Source of the DNA: Vermamoeba vermiformis
Taxonomy: Eukaryota
Assembly (NCBI GenBank): GCA_045837725.1
Contig: JBEWZL010000274.1
Coordinates: 1 to 40,949 of the forward strand
Reading direction: 5' to 3'
DNA length: 40,949 bases
Both the position numbers and the translations under genes were made by a program. The notes under the pieces are model-generated. The model made no database searches. It had not been told where the DNA came from and saw nothing but the letters and a program-made list of their open reading frames with translations. Every line of letters starts with the position of its first letter. Position 1 is the first letter of the stretch. Shown in pieces: positions 22,898 through 34,735 of this stretch.

Positions 22898-25800
22898 TTA
22901 TTTAATATTCGACAGTCGTTGTACAAGAACGTTAATTGAAGGACGTTGTTTTGGTTCGTGTTGCCAGCAATCTTCAATCAGTTTCACCAACGATGCATCG
23001 ATATCGTGTCCATGAGGGAATGGAAGTCGATTGCCTGATTTGACGTGTTGTTCGATGTCTGAGTCCCATTTGAAATCTTTGAACGGCACTTGTTCGAACA
23101 ACACTGACCACATCAGCACTGCAAAACTGTAAACATCTGCACTCTTGTCAATGCGTGGATTGCGACCGAGTGCTTCTGGTGCCATGAATGCAATTGTACC
23201 AACGTTCTTTGTGATCGTTGTGGGGTCATCAGCGATGAACCGTGATGTGCCAAAGTCAGTCAGTTTCACATGCACTGCTGCTCTTGTCTCGAGTGAGAAC
23301 ACGAGAATGTTTTGAGGCTTGATGTCGCGATGAATCACTCCGTTCGAGTGAAGGAACTGCAATGCTTTGGCAGTCTCCAACAAGCACATCACTTTGAACT
23401 GAACTGACAGCGACTGTTTCTCCATCACACTTGCAAGACTGCCAAGAGGTGCGTACTCGATCACAATTGCCAAACTCTCTGTGACATTCGATGCACCAAC
23501 GAACTGAACAATGTTGGGATGTCGCAAGCTCTTCATCAGTGTCACTTCTCGCTCGAACTCGATCTTCATATCATCAGTCAGATATTGACTCAGAAGCTTC
23601 TTCACAGCTACTTCTTGACCTCGATACACTCCTCGCACAACTGAACCGAATCTACAACAAAGTGTCAGTCCGTGTCAAAGTGTCAAAGATGTCATTCCGT
23701 GTCAACTTACCCTCCACCTCCAAGGAACTCTCCACTCATTTCAATCTCTTCAAGATCGATCCACGTTGACATCTTGCTGTCAAGTTTGAACTCGATGGCT
23801 GAGTAGATCTTTTGTTGTTCGAGAACAACGATCAGAACCACTTTGCATCTCGTTGTCATTCTCATTCGCACTGACACTGTCACTGAGTGCGATTCACCTC
23901 CTTCAAGGTACAATGTCTCGGGCTCAACAGTCACTTCGTACTTGGGTGATTGAGGTGCGTAAATGTCAATCTTCGTTCCTGAGATGAGCTTCTCTGTCAA
24001 GATGGTCGACTTCTTGGTCTTCTTTGGTGTTCGCGATGATATTTGAAGCTCTTTGTTGAAGTTCATCTCGATATCAAGTGGCTCTCCTTTCTCAACGAAC
24101 TTCAGCTGTGAGGTATCGATATCGACAGGGAGACTGTCAAGTGACTTGTATGAGAAGTCTTCGCTTGGTTTCCATTGCCATGTTGTCTTGTTGATGATCG
24201 GCATCGATTCTTTCATCAACGAGTCAGTCTTTGCATTGGAGAGGAGTGCTGAGAGTTCAACTTCTTTGTCTTGGCTTTGATTCAGTTTCTTGCGTTGCAG
24301 CACGACGACGACAATGAACACTGCAACACCCAAGAACACACCAATGACCAACAACACAACACCGTAAACTGGAAGTGGTGACACTTGTTCGAAACTGAAT
24401 CTGCGTGACTCGATGAGACTGTTGCCACATGTTGCAACAACGTAGTATTGATACGTGGCCATTGAAGGTGACAACTCGACTGAGAATGTGCTGCTTCGTG
24501 TTTCTGCTTGTGTCACATTCACTCCGTTAACATACCACACATGACTCGTGCAGGTTTGTTCCAGGATATCTACACTCAGCTCCACGGTTGTATTGGAGAA
24601 CCATGTTGGTGGAGTCGTTGATGGAAGTGGTCCTCTGATCACTGAGTCAAGTTCGAGCATCTTCACTCTTGCACACGATTGTGTCTGGCCTGATGGATTG
24701 GATGCGTACGCACACACCAACGCGCGAGTGTTGCACGGCATGTGACTGGTTGATATGCTTAAAGTGGGAGAGGAGTTGGTATCAACTGTCACTCCGTCAA
24801 TGGTCCACGTGTACTCCACAGCCACGCCATTGGCTTCAATCGGAAGCTCCTCCACACGATCACACAAGGCTACAGAGTCTTTCAATGGAACACTGAACAT
24901 TGGCACATCGTGAACTGTCAGTCTCGCTTGGTGAACAATGTGAAAGTTGCAATGATCGAGCATGTCAACACGATACATTCCGTCTGAGTGCATTGTCACA
25001 TTGTCGAGGATCAGTGCGGGATTGCCATCTTGAATGGCTTGCCCTTCGTGGGTCCATTGATATCGTAGTGGAGGACCTGCAGTGGTCACTGTGAGGTTGG
25101 TTGATTGGCCAATGAATAGCTCCTTGCCGTTGAACCCTTCGAGCAAGGTCGATAACGGCATTACGTAAGGTGTCGTGCGTTCTACGTTGACAAAAAGATA
25201 GTTCGAAACTGTGCCAATCAACGAGTCAATAGATGGTAACGTAAGGAAGGTCCAGTCTCCTGTTGTAACTTCGTAGATTGTGACGGTGACGATGCCTACG
25301 CCAGGCGGATGTGATTGTACAATAAGCTTCGAGCCCAAAGTGGTCATTGTAGCTAAGTCGGAGACTGGGAAAGGAAGTGTTGTGATGGCGCCAGTCTTGA
25401 CATCGACTGCATCGATTGTAATTGACCGGCCAATGAATAGTTTGTCGCCAATTGCTGCTAGTATCACTCTGTTTGAGTACAATGTGCGAGGCAGCACAAC
25501 AGATCTCCACGTAAGGCTAGTTGTGTCGAACAACTCCACGGGTTGAGTCTGCGTCAAGCTCAGTCCTGTAAAGGCTGCGTAGTTGCCAACCACTGCCATT
25601 TGTAGTCTTGACATAGGTGCTGCGAATTGGTGTGTTCTGATGTTGCTACTCCGAACATCAATCGTGTACGCCAAGTCTCCGTCCATTCGCGTTGCAAAAA
25701 GAACGTAATTAGCCGCATGAATCGAAGTCCATTGTCCATTAATGGGAAACTCGCGCAACGCTCTTCTTTCCACAACGTCGTATAGAACAACGCTGGATGA

Positions 25801-27406
25801 AGCTAGCACGGCCAAAATATTGTCCTTGTACAGGGTGGCGTGTAGTGCGGCAAGAGGCACTGTGGTTAAACTGTTTTCATTGATATCGAACAAATGAATG
25901 GTAAGCGTGGCCAGACCCTGTGTCACGCTCATAAAGGCCACTAAATCTCCAAAAGCTACGGCAGCTTGGACTGTGTTAATGGGCAAGTCTATGATGTCCA
26001 CGCTCTGACTATCAAAGTCGTATAAAAAAACTGAAACTTGTCCAATGAACTGCGATACATAGGCGAGCTTGTGTTCCATTAGAACGTAAATAGGATTCTG
26101 GCTACGAAATCTGTCTCCAGCTGCTGGGTGCACTGCCAAACTTCTCGAGTTGAAGTCGTACGTGGTGATGCTTGGCTCTTGAAAGAAGAATATAACGTCG
26201 CGCGATATGAAAGTGGCACGTGTCGAGAGTGTCAGAAGCGGCGTAAGTGTATAGCGTGTGTTGAACACGGAAAATTGTCCGTTGTCAAGTCTCGCGAATA
26301 TCATTCCGTTTGCAGCAGCTGACATATCAAAATTGGTATTCAGCGGCAAGTTGTGCTGTATTTCCAATTCCAAGAACGGATCAATGATGGTGTAACCTGA
26401 GCCAATCCGATAAATCTTCTGATTTATAACGACTGTCGCTGTCGCACTGCGTGCTCTACTTTGTCGATACATGTAGGTGATGGTGTTGCCGGTTGTTGTT
26501 GAATAAAGAACGGCTCGCCTTGGTCCAAGAAAATAAACAAATCCATCCGAATAAATGACTTGAAGTGTTGCAGCCACGTTCATGACCACATCCGATATTG
26601 TCAGGGTCTCCAAGTCAACAATATAGATCATATCGCCAGTTCTTGTAATTAAAAATGCGTGAGTTTCGTTGGTCGCTCCTACATAATATGGATTTATGGA
26701 TCTTGTTTCTAGCGGTGTAAACTCCAACGTTGTTAAATCAAGTAGTAACGGTGGTACTATTGGTGTAGTTTCGTGAGCATTTCCAAATATGATCGCCTTG
26801 GACTGTCCCATAATGACTCTATTATATCGATATTGTTCAGGGATTAGAATGCTTGTCAAGCTGTCACTGTTCAGATCGTAGATCTCAATAACTCTGCTAT
26901 CAACATTAGATTCGCCTATTCCTCCGACAAATATTATTTTTGAGCCAGATGAGTCAGCTGAAATACGCCTTCGTGGTTGAGTGAGGTTGAAATGGGTCCA
27001 TTCACGGGTGGAAGTGTCAAACACGGCCCCCTCAGAAGAGAGTTTGTTGTTGCCATCTATTCCACCAGCGAATAATACTTTATCTCCTGATGCAACCAGT
27101 GTTATCTCTCTTCTTTGATTTGGTAGTGACAAGGGTAAAAAGCAACCTAAAAATTACCAGATGAGCTACTCCGATCGCAATAATTAGGAATCGCCGATAC
27201 AAATTTGCTGTGCCTTTAAATAAATAATTTGCAAATAATCCAGGGGTCACAAAATTATCGAATCCATTTTTTTGTTTGGATCTGCTTACCACTCGACAAA
27301 GGCAACAATAATAAACATGCCACTACGAATATTATTATAGTGTCGCCTAAAAGTATATTATAATTAGAAGCTCCAGTTTAACTTCACACCGTCACTGACC
27401 TGTCAT
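22898..27406 (-). CDS. Single-pass receptor kinase 2, paralog of 17175-21715
   Basis: Signal MTGDTIIIFVVACLLLLPLSSG from two small exons. ORF 23707-27132 with Kelch-like/Ig region and TM YGVVLLVIGVFLGVAVFIVVVVL-QRKK. Kinase exon with VAVK, HRDIKPQN, KLTDFG, FMAPE. Same intron positions as the paralog. Confidence 0.92.
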
Positions 27407-27548
27407 CCTGCAGCTTTGACTTTTATCAATAATAATATGTCTCGCATATGTACGACATCTAATACGGTTGCTTTGGTGTTGTAGAAATCTTAATAAAAAT
27501 GATTTGTATTTTTTGGTCTAATTTTTTCCTTCCCAGTGCCAGTACTAT

Positions 27549-30500
27549 TTATTTGCTTTCCTCTTTTGGTTTGGCAACGATATTATCATTTGCTGTAGTT
27601 GCAGCCTTTTCGTCATTTTGCGCCAGTTGAGCCAAATTGACGTGCGCCAAAAGATTAGCCGAAGTGCTCTGATGGTGATGATAAGCCGCGTCGTTCATCG
27701 AAGGAATAGGTGCTTTGTCAGGGTGCACCGTTTTCAAATGGAAACTAAACGGTCTGTACGAGGCATCATCTTGCGGTCGAGATCTGCATTGAGATTCAGT
27801 TAGCAGCTGCTAATTGCACTTGCTTAAGCTCGGGTGACTTACCTCATCAAGTCGACGACGGGGATAAGATGCTCCCATCGTTGTTTCTTGGGCACACGAC
27901 GCTTGAAGTCCATATTCGGAATCAGATCTGCGAACGGAATAAACTCGAAATCACCTCCGTTGATGCCAATTGCGCCAAACAACTCTTTGCCCGACTTGAA
28001 ATATTCGTCCATTTTATCGACAGCGTATTGGGCAAACTCAGCGCCACGAAGGCGGTCCATTGGCGAAGGCGAATAGCCCTAGTTAATGTTAGAACATATG
28101 AAATCCGTGAATGACACGCACCTGTTGCAAGTGACCAAGGATAGTGTGACGCACGTCAAAGAAGCCTTTGCCCTCTTCAGTAAAGATTTTCGACAAGATG
28201 TCAGTTGTGTAAGTCTCGCTCGCCCTCTCGCTGTTAATGACCAAGCTCGTCGTCTTGCACATTTTGAATCTCTTTTTCATGCGGTCGACGTCATCAGCCA
28301 ATTGTCGTAGAGTAATGCCGTGTTCAGGAGTGTAACATAACTGTGCACCACCAGCGATGGAGCCACAAATGCCCAAATAGCCGCAGTTGCCACCCATGAC
28401 TTCCATAATGAAGACACGAGCACGCGATGCCACGGCACTCAGCTTGACTTTATCGGCACTCTAGTGATGGTGGTCAATGCTGCGTTGATATAAAATGATA
28501 AGGCTTACTTCGACAATGCAGTTCAAGGCTGTGTCAGATCCGATAGACACGTCAGTTCCCGGCACGTTGTTGCTGACAGTAGCAGGAACGCAAATGATGG
28601 GAATGTTGAATTCAGGGTACTTCTCTTTGTTCTTGTGAAGGGCAATGGCTGCAGCATAACCTTCCCAACCACCGATAAGCAGCATTCCCTATCAAAGTAT
28701 TAGCCAACCGAAGACTGTATATCTTCCGGCTTACCTTTATCTCGTATTGCTTGAAGCACTTGGCAATCTTTTCAAACTCCTCGTCTGTGCTTGGGATAGT
28801 CCTGTTTGTACCTAACAAAGAGCCACCAATGTTTGACCAGCTATTCGAAGTTGGGATCAGATGTGGTGCACGTGCTATTTTTGGAACTTACCCGTTCACA
28901 CTGAGCCATTGAAGCTCTTCAGGCGCGTCACCTCCATCGAGGATATCTTTAATTCCGTTGTAGAGAGCCATCGGTCGGTAACCCTTGTTGATCAGCATTC
29001 TCGTAGCACAACGAACGGCGCTGTTCATGCCGGGCGCAGGAGCTCCAATGTGGGTGATAGCAATTGCAGGTTTCTAAATGCAATTAGCTATATACTATAT
29101 AATAAGAGCGTGGCGTACCTTGACAGAATCAGGCAAAATGACCGGAGCAGATCGAGTCAAAACAAAAAGCGTCTTCAAAGCATTGTTGAATACTGGTCCG
29201 CGTAGCTGCATAGCCTTCTCGTATTCTCCGTCGCGAATTGCCTGGCCAATTGATTGAGTCTACATAACGAACCGTTAGAGCTCATCCGGAAGATCTTCGT
29301 CGATCCATAAAAAAAGATTAACAAGCTGTTTAGCTAGAGCCCTCGAGACAAAAAATCGAAGGAATAAAAGCAAAAAAGAGAAGAGCACAACACCTCCGAT
29401 TCCCAGGTAGTCTCCTACCCCAGTACTAAGAAGGCCTGAATAAGCTTAACTTCGCTGATCGGACGGGAAGCGGTGCATTCTTGTTAGTGTGGTCGTACCC
29501 GAGAGCGACTGCAACATCGTGTTCGGGTCACTACTTGCGACCATTGGGTCGTGTTCTTACCATTTTTACGGCCTCCATCAAGTTGGATCGCACGACCTTG
29601 GATCCGCGAATACCAATCAACGTGTGTTGAAAGCCTGGTTTAGCGTCCAATATGGCTTCAACTGCCTCCATGCCCATTTGAGTGCTCTATGTGCCTCATT
29701 AATACTTGACCACTATTATGCCTATTATTACGTACCAACAGTCTGTCGTAGAAACATGGAGTGCCACCGCGCTGGATGTGACCCAAAATTGTGACACGTG
29801 CTTCCATCTTCAAATCTCCTTCAATAACGTCCTTCACTTCATTGGCTGTGATGATCTTTCCTTTCGTGTCACGTGCTCCTTCAGCGATGATAATGACGCT
29901 CATTCGCTTGCCGCGGTCACGGCCCTTCTGAACTGATTTGCACATCTTTTCTTTCCACGTCTCGTCGTTAGGGAACTCGGGCACGAGGACGTAATCACTG
30001 CCTGTGGCCAAACAAGCTGCAATAGCCTTAGATCTAGTCAGTCAAACACGCGCACTAACGCATGCATAAAAGTACTCACCAAATAACCACAATCGCGGCC
30101 CATAACTTCTACGACGAATGTGCGTTGATGTGAAGCAGCGGTAGTCATCAATGAGTCAATGCACTCGATAATTCGATGCAAGGCTGACGCTGCACCGATC
30201 GTCATATCTGTGCCCCACATGTCATTGTCAATTGAGCCAACCATACCAACTACATAGAAATTCTTTTGGTGTTCCTGCAAATATTACGAGCGTCAATTTC
30301 GTTTCGTCAATTACGCTACGCTGTGCGGATATCCGCACAAAGAAATATCACTTAAAACCACTCATTAATTTTGAACATTAGGCCTTCGGCTCTATGTTTA
30401 GTTTGCTTATTGTATTATATTTTGTTACTTACGTAGGAATATTTGGAAATTTTTCCTTCTTTGTACAATTCTTCGACGTACTCGGGCCATTCTCGACTCA

Positions 30501-31090
30501 AAATATCCGCGCCAGTCAAGCTGCCGTCACCACCAATGCACACTAAGCGGTCAATGCCAATTTCGAGTAAATTTTGTGCTGCTTTTTTGCGTCCTTCTCG
30601 TGTTCTAAATTCAGGGCAGCGAGACGTGCCAATCATCGTGCCTCCCTGAAGAAAATTTTTCAATTTTAGTTCCAGCGCGAGGACTATATTTGGTAAATTT
30701 GTAATGTCAAACACTCACTTTTTCTAAAAAGCCCGAGACATCGTCCCACATAAGCCGTCTAATGAAAGATCCACCGGATACCATGCCATTGTACCCTTCA
30801 AAAATTGCGTACGGCTCAGCGCCTTGAAATATTATTAGTACATATAATATTGGCAATATAGCGAAATAGCTGTCGATTATTATTGTATTTTACGAATATT
30901 TTCAAAAATTTTAGTTGGACTGGTCTTCAATCGCTTAGATACGACGTGCAAACGTACCTGACAATATTCCTCGACGAACAATAGCACGGACTGCTGCATT
31001 CATGCCAGAGCAATCGCCTCCGCTCGTCATAAAGCAAAACCGGATGGGTGGCTTCACCGACCCATCAGTGGCTTGTTGTTGCTGTGCCAT
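27549..31090 (-). CDS. PFK: ATP-dependent 6-phosphofructokinase, eukaryotic two-domain type, multi-exon
   Basis: [57 protein letters not shown]. Second half [30 protein letters not shown]. Confidence 0.96.
29382..29500 (-). rRNA. 5S rRNA gene inside PFK intron 29260-29560
   Basis: Reverse complement reads GGGTACGACCACACTAACAAGAATGCACCGCTTCCCGTCCGATCAGCGAAGTTAAGC...TTAGTACTGGGGTAGGAGACTACCTGGGAATCGGAGGTGTTGTGCTCT, 119 nt. Helix I closes, box A and box C motifs are present, and a T6 terminator follows. Confidence 0.96.
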
Positions 31091-31282
31091 CGTAAAGATA
31101 TGAGTACTAATATCTTACTACAATGTGTTAATAAATTTTAAATGATAATTGTCGGTCTCAAAATTAATTTTACCGTTTTAGAAGTCGCGGCTTAACTGGA
31201 TCGTGACTTAATTGTTGGTAACGTGAAAAACGAGTTTTGTGGTACTTGTGTGTATAATAAGAAGTAGTGAACCACATATAAA

Positions 31283-32952
31283 ATGGTATTTATCGTAGAA
31301 TAATTAATTTGGCCGAGTAGCATAATTGTCGAAGATAATCTGTGTGGATTTTAGATTCGACTGTTTTAGTCAATAATCTGTGCAACGATTAATTAGATTG
31401 TATTATAGATTCGCCCTCTCTTATTAAAAGGTCACGAGAAGTCGATCACTCAAATCGCTTACAACCGCGAAGGAGATTTGCTGTTCTCAGCTAGCAGAGC
31501 CGAGTTTATCACCGTATGGTGGGCTGACAATGGTGAACGTATTGGTACTTATCACGGTCACAATGGTGCTGTTTGGTTCCTTGATGTTTCTCGTATCCTT
31601 TTATTCCAACCATTTTATTAAGATCGAAAAATTACAATAATTATTATATTTTTTCCTTGACCTTCTAAAATTACAGAGGATTCAAAGAGACTGTTGACTT
31701 GCTCAGCAGATAGCAGTGCTAAAATTTGGAACGTTGAAAATGGCAGAGAACTTGCTCACTTCCCTCACCGGTAAGATCCGATCTGAAAATTTTCTCTGCT
31801 CGTTATAATTCACCAATGCCTCGATGCTTATATTTTCGAATATATAGATACCCTGTAAGAAGCTGCGGTTGGGGTCATGGAGCAAAAATGTTTTTGACAG
31901 CGACAGATCAAGTCATGGGTGCTACTCCCGTGATCAGTCTTTTCAAAGTTGCTGATGATCCTCGAGATCGTAAGTGTTATTTTATATAATTATTTAGTAA
32001 GATCAACGTGTATTAATGCGGCACTTAAAGAAAACGACACTCCCATCCGCGAAATTCCTGGCCCTGGTTTGCACAAGATCTACCACGCTGTTTTTGGCCC
32101 TAACAACGAGACTATTTATACTTGCAACGAAGACGGTACTATCAGAGTTTACGACACTGAGGTAAGGCTTTCATTTTCGTAAACTGGATCCACTCATTCG
32201 ATAAAATTTCCTCGTTTGCATTTTCACTAACAAATTGATAATACATAGACCGGCAAACAAACCAACGTTGTTACCGTGCACAAGAAGGCCGTGAACAGAA
32301 TGCAATTCGACAAATACCAATTAACTTTCATTACCGCTAGCAGAGACGGTACTGCTCGTTTGTTTGACACTAAGAGCTTGCAAAATTTGAAGACTTACGA
32401 CGCTGGTCGACCTGTCAACGCTGCTAGCATGTCATCGATTAAGGACCACGTAAGTACCTCACTTTGACACGCAGCGTAACCATTCATAATTCACTGAACA
32501 AATCGCCGTACCTCAATAATTATCAACACTGCCACCTATAATATTATTATGCCTATACGATATTGTTAATTATATTAGTTATTGAGTGAGGATATCGAAA
32601 AGTTGCGAGTGCGCGTGGATCTAGTTCTAACGAAATTTTGTTGTAGATTATTCTTGGAGGAGGAGAAGCAGCTATTAATGTAACCTTGACCAAGTTGGAC
32701 ACTACTCAATTCAAGACTCGATTCTTCCACAAGATCTACGAAACTGAATTGGGCTCATTGATGGGTCACTTCGGTCCTGTCAACGCTTTGACATTCAGTC
32801 CTGACGGCAAGGGCTTTGCTTCAGGAGGAGAAGACGGTTACGTCAGATTGCATCACTTTGACCAGAGCTACTACGAGCCTGATGACGACGAGACTTGGAG
32901 CCCTGCTCGCGAGATGAACTTTGGTACCACCATTAACAATAAGGACGCTTAA
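31283..32952 (+). CDS. EIF3I: Translation initiation factor eIF3 subunit i (WD40), multi-exon
   Basis: [28 protein letters not shown]...[16 protein letters not shown]...FITASRD...[33 protein letters not shown]. Confidence 0.96.
31593..31676 (+). other. U12-type (minor spliceosome) GT-AG intron in eIF3i
   Basis: 5' site GTATCCTTT, branch site TTTTCCTTGAC with A at 31660, 16 nt before the end of the CAG acceptor, no polypyrimidine tract. Splicing restores [16 protein letters not shown]. Confidence 0.9.
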
Positions 32953-33210
32953 GAACCTCCTTATTAATTGAAAAGAAAACGAGTGGTAATTTTTGAGGTT
33001 TATTTTACTGCTTGTTTTCGAAATAGTATGAAGATCTAAAACCTTAATGAGCGATTTTGTTTGACTAAAACTAATATAAATAAAATTCCATGCGATTAAA
33101 AATGAACACTAGGGTTTAAATATTAAACAAATTTTTTCTATTTTATTTTACACGTTCGCTCTTGAATTTTGTTTTTTTTTTCTCGATCCAGTTGGCACTT
33201 TGCACGGGTC

Positions 33211-34520
33211 TTAATTATAACCCAATAAATAATACATTCCAACTGACCCGAAGAATACAGTTACGTTGTCCCACTCTTTGATGGGCAATGATTCAATGAA
33301 TGTAGCGACAGCTGTCACGATCACTAGACTGAACACAAAGTGCGTGGGCACAACGACGAGAGATCCGTTCGAGACAAAGTACCACACGAAGAGGATGGAG
33401 CCAACTATAGAGAATACGAAGAAAGTTATTGTGCCCAGCCATGTCTTCGACTGTTTCGAACAAAGGGTTAGAATTGGGATCGGATCGGATCCGAACAAAA
33501 AGCTAGATGCGGGGTTTAATTGGCAATGAATTACTCCTAATATTTATAAATATATCGGCAGTTTTTTTATGGATAAAATTGTTTAATCTCAACTCAAAAG
33601 AAAGCTCGGGACTTACTTTGTTATGAGGCAATTTAGCGACGCCGTATCTTTGACCAATCAAACCTAATTGAGCGACGAATAGGTTAATAATAGATTAATA
33701 ATATTGGTTATTATATTCTATACTATCGTACCTGCAAAACCATCGCCAATGCAAAGTAAAATCAACGCTGTTATTCCGACCACAGATTTTTTCCAATACC
33801 AAATCGCGCTGCACGAAGAATTCAGTATAAAGGTTGTATTAAAATATAATTATATTGAATATACCTAATGACGTGAATAACACCGTAAGAGAACGGCCCA
33901 TACAAAAGTTCGCGAGGCGATCCACTTCTGCTCATCGAGCGAACGGCATCATCGTCCTATAATATTGTAATATGAATCAATTACTGTTTATAAATAAATT
34001 TAATTACGAATTAAATCGAATAAAGAGCTTTGACTCTTGCGCTAACAGTCACTTTGGCTTACCTCAATAATACCGAGACCAATTAAGCCGAATTTAATAG
34101 TAATAACACCTATACATTTATAATTAATTTTCTTTGCTTTAATTCGAAGCACATCTAACGAAGACTTACCGGGAACCAAAGCAGCGAACAAAGTCGACCG
34201 CAAATCGTCTTCAAACATTGGCCAACAAAGCATAAATATTGGTCCTGTAAATATATGCACCTGTATAATAAACGATCAATGGACTGTAGATAAAATTAAG
34301 GACGAAGATCCCAACAAATTACAAAAAAATTCCTCGTGCGTAATTATGTTCGATATAAGTATACTATAATTTTCTAAGTAATATATGTTACGGATATAAT
34401 ATTTACCCATTTTCTTGACGTTTTGGATGAGCAAATATTTTTCGCGGCGAGCAGTTCAGTTAACTTCAGCCAAGAGACGCATATCACTAAAGTGATCGAA
34501 GTGGCTAGTGCTGGGTGCAT
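33211..34520 (-). CDS. Phytol/farnesol kinase-like polytopic membrane enzyme (CTP-dependent, VTE5/FOLK family), multi-exon
   Basis: SRKWVHIFTGPIFMLCWPMF, SMSRSGSPRELLYGP.SY, LCIGDGFAGLIG.RYG..KLPHN..KTW.G, ATFIESLP..WDN. Confidence 0.85.
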
Positions 34521-34735
34521 TGTGCTACCGTTTTCAAAATAAATTAATTAATTCAGTATCGCCATTCAAAAAAAGTCCTCGGAACAACAGCCACGCCGTA
34601 AATTAAATCTCCGCTATTGCTCCATTTGTTCCACTACCGGAGATTAACAATATTTTACTTGTATATATTTGATTACATCCAGTACGCATAAGATCGAGAA
34701 TCAGATAGTGCTAGAATCATAGATCGAATTTTCAA

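Noticed and set aside
18384-26322. Many 60-130 aa ORFs overlapping the receptor kinase exons
   Set aside because: Alternative-frame or antisense shadows of long genuine exons.
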